A stretch of 31,504 bases of DNA, from IMG/VR virus record IMGVR_UViG_3300043443_000254, positions 1-31,504 of that record. One strand, written 5' to 3'. Numbering within the stretch: the first letter of the stretch is position 1; every line of letters begins with the position of its first letter. Under the pieces are notes generated by a model. The model ran no database searches, had not been told where the DNA came from, and saw only the letters and a list, made by a program, of their open reading frames with translations. This document shows positions 25,402 to 31,504 of the stretch, one piece after another. Source of the DNA: a virus. Lineage: Duplodnaviria > Caudoviricetes. The translations under genes were made by a program, and so were the position numbers.

Positions 25402-25642
25402 CCTATTACTCCCATTCGCATACTTCCCAGTCATCTGCCTTCATGTCTTCATAGGTGAAGCACGTGAACTTGCATTGTGTTTCCAACAGTTCCTCTGTTT
25501 GTCGGTCTACAAAACCGTTGGTTGTTGGGTCATGAAAAACAATCCTGTGTTCGTCATCTTCTAACCATGCCTTACGAGTTATGGGCAATCCATCCAGAAG
25601 AGCATCTAATACATCTCCGAATCTCATCCTATTACTCCCATT
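25384..25642. repeat. 33-bp perfect direct repeat (25384-25416 and 25610-25642)
   Basis: TACATCTCCGAATCTCATCCTATTACTCCCATT occurs twice, 226 bp apart; it covers the RBS and the first six codons (MRFGDV). Confidence 0.95.
25406..25627 (-). CDS. DUF2829/Tad2-like protein (copy 3)
   Basis: MRFGDVLDALLDGLPITRKAW...FTYEDMKADDWEV. Confidence 0.72.
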   Translation of the reverse strand: MRFGDVLDALLDGLPITRKAWLEDDEHRIVFHDPTTNGFVDRQTEELLETQCKFTCFTYEDMKADDWEVCEWE

Positions 25643-26253
25643 GTTATCGGCAGGTGTTCAGCCATCAAAGCCTTGATGCTATCTGCTATCTCCCTGTGTT
25701 CTAGTTGCGTATCTTCCTGCGTCCTTAGCTGCACGTAATGTATCCAAGAGCGTATCGTGCCAGACATATACATCGTGGTCGGAGTGCAGAGCGGTAGTAC
25801 CATCCTTGCAGTCTCCGCAGCGATACCGGCTTTGATCATTTCGTTGTATGCATGGTAGCCACGGGATACAGCCAACTCAGCATCTAATATGACACCCTGC
25901 ATCTCGGCATCTAACTCTTTGTATTCTGGCAAGGCTTTAGAGCTTTGGCGGTTAGTTGTACCAGCAAGCCTCATCTGCCCCAGTACGGGGAACTCAGCGA
26001 CCTGTGCATACCTTTGGCTGAACTCTTGGAAAGAGAAACTTCGATGTCTAAGAATCTGCGGAGCAATAGCACGGGTTGTCTTGATCTCAACGCACATACT
26101 AGCCATTTCAAAGATTGACCAGTGCCCGTGCTTGATGCAGTAGGAGAGCAACCGGGCTACGTCTGGGTTATCTTGATTGGCTGGATTGGAGACCCTAGCG
26201 CAATACCCGATGACCTGCTCCGCTTCCGGTGTGATCCAGATTAGCTTTGTCAT
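25624..26253 (-). CDS. thyX: FAD-dependent thymidylate synthase ThyX
   Basis: HGHWSIFE, RHRSFSFQEFSQRY (RHRx7SxR), ARMVLP, RSWIHYVQLR, TQLEHR. Confidence 0.96.
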   Translation of the reverse strand: MTKLIWITPEAEQVIGYCARVSNPANQDNPDVARLLSYCIKHGHWSIFEMASMCVEIKTTRAIAPQILRHRSFSFQEFSQRYAQVAEFPVLGQMRLAGTTNRQSSKALPEYKELDAEMQGVILDAELAVSRGYHAYNEMIKAGIAAETARMVLPLCTPTTMYMSGTIRSWIHYVQLRTQEDTQLEHREIADSIKALMAEHLPITMGVIG

Positions 26254-26660
26254 CCTACGAATATCTCCCAGTCCATCGCTAGGACATCAGCACTACCGAA
26301 TGAAGCCACCTTGTTGTATCTCCGGTTACCAGCACCATCGAGCAAGTATAGACATATCTTGCTATCTACGAGTTGCAGAAACCAAGCAGCACCAGACCTG
26401 CGTACCATGTAGCCAGAGCGTAGCTTTTCAAGTGCTACGCTAAAAGAGCCGTTAGCCACGCTTTGCACTTCTGCCTGTATCTCAAGGCGCTTCTGTTCTA
26501 GCAGCTGTCTTTTCCAATATGAAATCGTTGTGTGGTTGAAGCCGAGCATCTTGGATGCATCGTGGCACCGCATACCGCCAGCAACTAACTCTTCGTATCT
26601 TTGGAGTACCACGTCACGCCTCATGCGTGATTCGACGATACTACATCTAGGCCTTGCCAT
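26250..26660 (-). CDS. HTH-DUF2829/Tad2-like fusion protein (copy 4)
   Basis: N-terminal HTH GMRCHDASKMLGFNHTTISYWKR; C-terminal SFSVALEKLRSGYMVRRSG...FGSADVLAMDWEI. Confidence 0.7.
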   Translation of the reverse strand: MARPRCSIVESRMRRDVVLQRYEELVAGGMRCHDASKMLGFNHTTISYWKRQLLEQKRLEIQAEVQSVANGSFSVALEKLRSGYMVRRSGAAWFLQLVDSKICLYLLDGAGNRRYNKVASFGSADVLAMDWEIFVG

Positions 26661-26883
26661 TGCTTATCTCCTTGGCATCTGTAACTACACGGTCGGCATA
26701 CTCCCTGGAGCGTGTTACCAGATAGGCTGCGTACCAGAGTACCTTTAGCCGATCTTGTTCTTGTTGCCCCTTATGCTCTTGGCGCTGTAGGTATTTCAGG
26801 ATGGAACCCGAAACAAAGTCCAGGTTCCAGTCTTCGATTACTGCCAAGGCATCAAGCGTACCGACCGTGTAGTGTTGTCTCAT
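26647..26883 (-). CDS. DUF3310-family protein (T7 gp1.7 nucleotide kinase-like)
   Basis: HY...DALAVIEDWNLDFVSGSILKYLQR...KG..QDRLKVLWY pattern. Confidence 0.75.
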   Translation of the reverse strand: MRQHYTVGTLDALAVIEDWNLDFVSGSILKYLQRQEHKGQQEQDRLKVLWYAAYLVTRSREYADRVVTDAKEISNGKA

Positions 26884-27368
26884 TAGTCTTCGAATGGATC
26901 GGTAATGTCAGCGGTAGGTACAGCCTTGCGGAGTGGCTTTGTAGCTGCAACCTTGACCGGCTTGACGGTCTCGATCACGTTAGTGAGTTCACCGTTCATC
27001 TTCTGCCGGGTTCCGACCACTACCTGCCATTGCTTCGCTTTGAGTGCTTCGATGTCAAGTTCGGCGAACTGCTGGCTTGTCATGCGACCGACCATTGAAT
27101 CCAAAAGGATAGTCAACTTCGCTTTTTCGTTTCCATAGAACGTTTTCGTGAACTGGACAAAGCGGAATGGTTGCCCGTCATCATCGCCTACTTCGGTGGT
27201 CTCGAACACCCAGCGGAAGTTGGGTTCAAGAATCGATGGATCATCAAAGCTTTTGCCTTGTGTCGCTTCCACATCAATAAGCGCACAAACGTAGATACCT
27301 GCTTCGGCTACGCTGTACTTTTTCCCTGAGCCTTCGGAAAACTTTCCGTGCTGTGCAAAGAATCCCAT
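26883..27368 (-). CDS. Putative single-stranded DNA-binding protein (DUF669-like)
   Basis: AGIYVCALIDVE...FRWVFE...KLTILL; acidic aromatic tail DITDPFED; AGGAG RBS before ATG 27368. Confidence 0.7.
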   Translation of the reverse strand: MGFFAQHGKFSEGSGKKYSVAEAGIYVCALIDVEATQGKSFDDPSILEPNFRWVFETTEVGDDDGQPFRFVQFTKTFYGNEKAKLTILLDSMVGRMTSQQFAELDIEALKAKQWQVVVGTRQKMNGELTNVIETVKPVKVAATKPLRKAVPTADITDPFED

Positions 27369-27417
27369 AATCAATCTCCTTGGACTACTAGTCCATTGTT
27401 GGCACTATTGCCACACA

Positions 27418-27447
27418 ACTATATACCCACAGAGGGGATATTGTCAA
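27418..27447 (-). promoter_or_regulatory. Sigma70-type promoter with an operator in the spacer
   Basis: TTGACA(27447-27442)-18-TATAGT(27423-27418); TATAC-N9-GGATA at 27422-27440. Confidence 0.75.
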
Positions 27448-27456
27448 ACCTTGTTT

Positions 27457-27837
27457 TTAGTGCTGCACTACTACCTTTGTTCGGCTTCGTGGTTGTTCAA
27501 GTTTCTCGGCAATATACATGAATGCTGGGTATTCATTGAACTCACCGATGACATGGTTGCTTGGAATCAACATAAAGTCTGAATCCCATAAAGTATCAAC
27601 CGTGCAAAAATGTCCTTTTGCACCATCACACTCAACCAACAAGATGTTCTTACCTTTTTGAATCAAGTGTGTTTCAAAGTCTCGACGCATTGCCCACCTA
27701 TGCATCGTGACACGACCACCAGACTTCAACCAGGCTTTAGTTACTTCCAATCTATGGCGATACTTATCGCCGTTCAGTAGCTCATCTTCCTGCGCCTTGC
27801 GCTTGAACGTATCCCAATCCCAAATCTCGATAGCCAT
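27457..27837 (-). CDS. Hypothetical protein
   Basis: ORF with AAGGTG RBS before ATG 27837. Confidence 0.65.
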   Translation of the reverse strand: MAIEIWDWDTFKRKAQEDELLNGDKYRHRLEVTKAWLKSGGRVTMHRWAMRRDFETHLIQKGKNILLVECDGAKGHFCTVDTLWDSDFMLIPSNHVIGEFNEYPAFMYIAEKLEQPRSRTKVVVQH

Positions 27838-27854
27838 ATCAATCACCTTTCATC

Positions 27855-28060
27855 ATGACCGGTGACGGTTCCCGCGTAAGCGGAGGAACCGGACCGGTCA
27901 TACAAACAATAAACTTTTACTTCCCTCCTCACTGTGATGATCTGGGAATGCCCACCTTCGGGGCATCCCAGTTCGGAGGGGGTCTGGGGGAACCAAACTG
28001 GGGGAACCAAAATAGAGTTAAGTTCCTATATATAGGGGAACCGGTCGTTGGGAACCGGTC
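27855..28060. other. Putative replication origin (GGAACC iterons, hairpins, AT palindrome)
   Basis: CTGGGGGAACCAAA x2 (27984-28011), GGGAACCGGTC x2 (28036-28046, 28050-28060), CCTATATATAGG (28025-28036), long hairpin 27855-27901; directly after the helicase gene. Confidence 0.6.
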
Positions 28061-28062
28061 AA

Positions 28063-29400
28063 CTATCCCTTTTTGGTGTATCTAAACCCTCCTCTCAATG
28101 ATGGTTCTGCGTGTAGCAAATTCTCCGCTACGAGTTCATCAATCACGGTCAAAACGGTTTCTTTACGTCCGCCTACCTTGGCGTGAATGATGTTCTTGCC
28201 AATACCGGGATTTGCCTCTACACACGCAAGAATAGCGTCAGTGATAGATTGACCCACTCTGGCTGCATATCCCTCAGGTTCGGCGTGTATGAGCTTCAGG
28301 ATGCCATCTTCCGCACCAATAGTCCAAGAGACAGCAGGTTGCTTTTCTTTCTTGCGCCAGTGTCGGTTCTTTGTGGTAACCAAAGTGTAAGTGTCGGTTT
28401 CCAATTTATGGGAAATGCTAAACACCGTATCTGCTTGGCTAACGATGTCACCAGCACCACGCATCTGCTCGTGTCCGATACCAGATTCACTGCCAGACTT
28501 TCGATTGTGATGAAGTACAACGACAGCTGCGCCTAGATTCTTCATCTCGCAGAAGTAACCATATAGCCGACTCATCTCCGTGTTGCTGTTTTCATCTAGT
28601 CCGTGAACACGCACTAGCGTGTCAACAATCACGATGTCGATCTGAAGCTCTTCTATCTTTCGCAGGATTGAATGTAAGTACTTCGGGTTGTCAAGTTTGA
28701 TTCGTTGGTGGTCTGCGTAGATGATGTTTTTCTGAGGTATGCCTAACTGGTCAGCACGATCTAGAAATACTTGGCATCCCATTTCTTCATCGATGTACAT
28801 GACATTGGCTTTCTCGCATTCAATAGAGCCTAGCCATATACCACCAGCCATCGTTGCTCGTAGAAGGTCAAGTGCCGCCCACGACTTACCACCACCTGAT
28901 GTTGCACTGATGAAGTGCAGACCACGCTTCATAATCATGTCCGGCACAATCCAGCGTAGCGGTCCAAGTTCCGCCACCTTGGCTTTGATGTCTTCCCATG
29001 TCATCCATTCGATGGGGTCATCATCTTCTATTGGCTTTTCCAGTTCTGCTCTGAGCATGGCAGGTGTCAGCGGTGGCAGGTCGGAATCTTTCCAGTCTGC
29101 CCACGCTCTACCCGCTTTCTCCAGTACCTCGTATTCCTCCATTGGTGGATCACAGTAGGTACGGTTCCAGTGCTGAATACCAGCGATGGCAAAGTTATAG
29201 TCAAGCCGTGTGGAGCGATAGTAACCGACACAAGCTGTTAGAGCGTTATCCCTACCGCCATAAGGGCCGCCACCCTCTGGGTGTCGCTGCATCAACTTCG
29301 CAAGCGTTCCATCGTCGGAAGACTCGCCAGGCTGTCGTTGTCGGCGTTCAGGCTTGGCATCCGGTACAAGTGGGATATCCCAGAAATCGTTAGTGTCCAA
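28063..29400 (-). CDS. PriCT-1 + AAA_25 (RepA-like SF4) helicase with C-terminal winged helix (likely TTG start 29400)
   Basis: GGRDNALTACVG...WNRTYCDPPMEEYEV (PriCT); Walker A ATSGGGKS; YIDEEM; Walker B IVIVDTL; DENSN; VLHHNRK; RGAGDI; GGAG RBS before TTG. Confidence 0.85.
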   Translation of the reverse strand: MDTNDFWDIPLVPDAKPERRQRQPGESSDDGTLAKLMQRHPEGGGPYGGRDNALTACVGYYRSTRLDYNFAIAGIQHWNRTYCDPPMEEYEVLEKAGRAWADWKDSDLPPLTPAMLRAELEKPIEDDDPIEWMTWEDIKAKVAELGPLRWIVPDMIMKRGLHFISATSGGGKSWAALDLLRATMAGGIWLGSIECEKANVMYIDEEMGCQVFLDRADQLGIPQKNIIYADHQRIKLDNPKYLHSILRKIEELQIDIVIVDTLVRVHGLDENSNTEMSRLYGYFCEMKNLGAAVVVLHHNRKSGSESGIGHEQMRGAGDIVSQADTVFSISHKLETDTYTLVTTKNRHWRKKEKQPAVSWTIGAEDGILKLIHAEPEGYAARVGQSITDAILACVEANPGIGKNIIHAKVGGRKETVLTVIDELVAENLLHAEPSLRGGFRYTKKG

Positions 29401-30259
29401 AGAAGTGCTCCATAATCTCCGGTAAGTCTTGCCGGACGTTAGCCACAAGGAATGACCATCTTGCATCAGCCTTTGAATAAATGCAAGCCTGTTCAAGTTC
29501 AAGGAAGAATGTATCTAAGCATCCTGTATATCTGCCGGAAGCGTGGCGTATCATCGGCACAACGTGCCCAAGTTCTCCAGCCTTAGCAGATGCCAGCAAA
29601 GCATCTAGCCTAGCATCGCCAAACTCGGCAACTATCAAGGATTCCTTGTAGGTTGGTTTGATGCCTCCACCCTTTAGCATCTGGACTGCTTTAGGATTGT
29701 CAGGGTCTTTCCAGTTGATGGTTCCAGCCACACGCAATATGCGATCCACGTTGCTTACATTGTCAGTGCTTGGGAGTATGCTGTTGGCGAAACTTCTAAC
29801 CTTCGCTTCAATGTTTGTACGGTCACGAGCGGAACTTACCCGTGCGGGTTTAGGTGCTATCTTGTAGCCATGCCAGCCATTGCCGGTACTTACTACGATG
29901 TCGCAGTTATCAAGTATTTCTTTACTACTGCCCGGCACTTTGGCATCAAGGTCTACCCACATTGCCCCAACTTGCTCGATGGCATCTTTGCCCAGCTTGC
30001 GTCCGGGACCTTCAGGAGCAACCCTAGGACAGACACCAACATAAACATCATAGCCACGCATTGCAAGGCTAATGATGTGCTGGCTGAGTGCTTGCCCGGC
30101 TTCACCCTTTAGGCATTCTGGGAGTCGGTAGGTCGTGCGGTTAGCGTGGGGCTTGTGCTTGGATAACGGACGGATTTCAATAAAGCCGTCTGAGTACGGC
30201 TTGAAAAGATGCCGTAAAAAGGCGATAGCCTGAACGGCATCAGTGGCTGGAATAGCCAT
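29390..30259 (-). CDS. Archaeo-eukaryotic primase, RepB'-like catalytic domain
   Basis: DVYVGV, MWVDLD (motif I), VSTGNGWHGY (motif II), DRILRVAGTINWK. Confidence 0.85.
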   Translation of the reverse strand: MAIPATDAVQAIAFLRHLFKPYSDGFIEIRPLSKHKPHANRTTYRLPECLKGEAGQALSQHIISLAMRGYDVYVGVCPRVAPEGPGRKLGKDAIEQVGAMWVDLDAKVPGSSKEILDNCDIVVSTGNGWHGYKIAPKPARVSSARDRTNIEAKVRSFANSILPSTDNVSNVDRILRVAGTINWKDPDNPKAVQMLKGGGIKPTYKESLIVAEFGDARLDALLASAKAGELGHVVPMIRHASGRYTGCLDTFFLELEQACIYSKADARWSFLVANVRQDLPEIMEHFFGH

Positions 30260-30359
30260 GATGTGTACCTATGTTTTCCTTCAAGATACCTACCTCAGGA
30301 ACCCCCGGTAGCTACTCCGGGGGCTGGCAAAGCCAAACCTTGAAGGATAGGTTCACCAA

Positions 30360-30464
30360 CATTATACACCAAAAGAAAACCCGCCAAGCAGAGGATATGC
30401 AAGGCGGGCGAGTACTCCATCACATGAGCAGCCGGTTAGACCGACGGAGCATTATACATCAAAA
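30360..30464 (-). promoter_or_regulatory. Two TATAAT boxes in a 15-nt repeat flanking an intrinsic terminator (30371-30408)
   Basis: TTTTG(G/A)TGTATAATG at 30374-30360 and 30464-30450; CCCGCC/GGCGGG stem plus TTTTCTTTT between them. Confidence 0.55.
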
Positions 30465-30811
30465 CTGAAACCAACATGATCTGCTATCGCTTTGGCTGCA
30501 TCCGACCAACTATAAGCCACCACAAAAGAATACCCGTACGGTAGCAAGGAGTCTCTAAAGGACACCTGCCCCAGTGTTAGCCTACCTTTACCAGCCTTCA
30601 TCTCAACAAAGAGCCCCGGTGCTGGGCAAGGCAAGAAGATATCCCAGACTCCAGCCTTCACGCCCATTGCCTTGAACTTAGCAGCTGTCCTGATGTCACG
30701 ATGCCCACCATTAGGGCAGTGGTACAAGGTAGCCAGTTCCGGATGCTTGGATTCCATCAGACGCACCCAAGTAATCAAGGCTATTTGTTCACGGTCTTCA
30801 AGATGTCTCAA
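30452..30811 (-). CDS. VRR-NUC domain nuclease (putative Holliday junction resolvase)
   Basis: EDREQ...YHCPNGG...GVKAGVWDI...LFVEMKAGKGRLTLGQ PD-(D/E)xK pattern. Confidence 0.9.
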   Translation of the reverse strand: MRHLEDREQIALITWVRLMESKHPELATLYHCPNGGHRDIRTAAKFKAMGVKAGVWDIFLPCPAPGLFVEMKAGKGRLTLGQVSFRDSLLPYGYSFVVAYSWSDAAKAIADHVGFSFDV

Positions 30812-31504
30812 GGTTTGTCCTCAGTTCCTGCAATGCCTCTGCAAGCCTCTGTTTGACCACTACAGGCGGTAATCGGTAGCGACTGGCTATCATGTGGATT
30901 GTCTGCGGTACACGTCCATCTAAGCCAAGATGCAAAACAACCATCTGCCGGGTCTCATCATCAAGCCGGGATAGATAATCCATTGCGCTTCCTTCCTCCA
31001 CATTTTCCATATACTCATCCTCTGCGCTCTGGGTTGTCCCGAATACCGCAGACTCGTACAGCACAAGGTCAGTGCCTTGGATGCCGTGATGCATCGATAC
31101 GGGCTCCAAGCCGTGAGCCGTCCTGCACATCTCGATGGTCTCTATGGTCATCCCAGAGCGTTCGGAGAGTTCGGCATCGGTTGGTGGGCGCTTGAGTTCC
31201 AACTCTAACAACACGTAGAACCTGCGCAGCTTGTGCCACTTGACAACAGCGTGTTCGGCTATACGGATTGTTCGCAGGTAGTTTGATTGGTAGCGTCTAA
31301 GCTTCTGATAGATCCACGGATGAGCGTAAGTGGAGAAACGTAGCCCTCGTTCAGGTTCCCACTTTTCTATTGCACGAATGACACCTTCAACGCAGTACTG
31401 ACACGCATCCACAAAGTGTTCTTTGTGCTTGATAACTTTACAAACGTCCCGGATAAATCCAAGGTTATGACGCACCATTGCATCTAGGCACTCGTCCTGC
31501 ATGA
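30798..31504 (-). CDS. Phage sigma70-family sigma factor, allele B (5' end continues across the circular junction to 807; about 273 aa in total)
   Basis: RAIEKWEPERGLRFSTYAHPWIYQ, RTIRIAEH, LKRPPTDAEL, LSRLDDETRQMVVLHLGL. Confidence 0.9.
   Translation of the reverse strand, partial: MQDECLDAMVRHNLGFIRDVCKVIKHKEHFVDACQYCVEGVIRAIEKWEPERGLRFSTYAHPWIYQKLRRYQSNYLRTIRIAEHAVVKWHKLRRFYVLLELELKRPPTDAELSERSGMTIETIEMCRTAHGLEPVSMHHGIQGTDLVLYESAVFGTTQSAEDEYMENVEEGSAMDYLSRLDDETRQMVVLHLGLDGRVPQTIHMIASRYRLPPVVVKQRLAEALQELRTNLETS
30813..31504. repeat. Terminal direct repeat, right copy
   Basis: Aligns to 1-692; 31378-31504 is identical to 566-692. Confidence 0.95.

Noticed and set aside
25384-25642. CRISPR mini-array or att sites
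   Set aside because: Only two copies 226 bp apart, the repeat is RBS plus coding sequence, and there are no cas or integrase genes.
27984-28060. CRISPR-like array
   Set aside because: Repeats are 11-14 bp with no spacers of CRISPR length; they fit iterons better.
3725-31195. Numerous + strand ORFs antisense to structural and replication genes
   Set aside because: They lie opposite well-supported genes, lack RBSs and recognisable motifs; treated as shadow ORFs.
1-31504. tRNA, rRNA, integrase, DNA polymerase or methyltransferase genes
   Set aside because: None recognised; the short intergenic gaps are accounted for by promoters, terminators and the ori-like region.

Overview
Apparently complete ~30.8-kb tailed dsDNA phage (siphovirus-type: HK97-fold capsid, short tape measure). 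The last 127 nt (31378-31504) are identical to 566-692, giving a 30,812-bp circular unit; 1-565 is a ~91%-identical second allele of the same sigma-factor gene. A small + strand early block (ERF annealing protein, DUF2829/Tad2-like, Gam-like) diverges from an XRE regulator. Everything else is on the - strand: sigma factor, VRR-NUC, primase, PriCT/AAA helicase, ori-like repeats, SSB, DUF3310, three more DUF2829/Tad2-like genes, thyX, terS, dut, terL, portal, MuF, protease, capsid, neck, fibre, tail and CHAP endolysin. No integrase was found. Main observations: (1) terL has a 9-nt in-frame insertion with a TGA stop inside the Walker A motif (GGC-TGA-GTA-GGT), directly after a perfect 11-bp hairpin, consistent with programmed ribosomal bypassing; (2) a probable -1 frameshift (C CCT TTT) fusing portal to MuF; (3) an exact 11-mer TGTGGGATACT 6 nt before the ATG of three structural genes, probably leaderless late promoters read by the phage sigma; (4) four DUF2829/Tad2-like paralogues, one fused to an HTH and one flanked by 33-bp direct repeats; (5) seven 19-bp operator-like palindromes on the host-type promoters. 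All family assignments are by motif recognition only; no database search was run.
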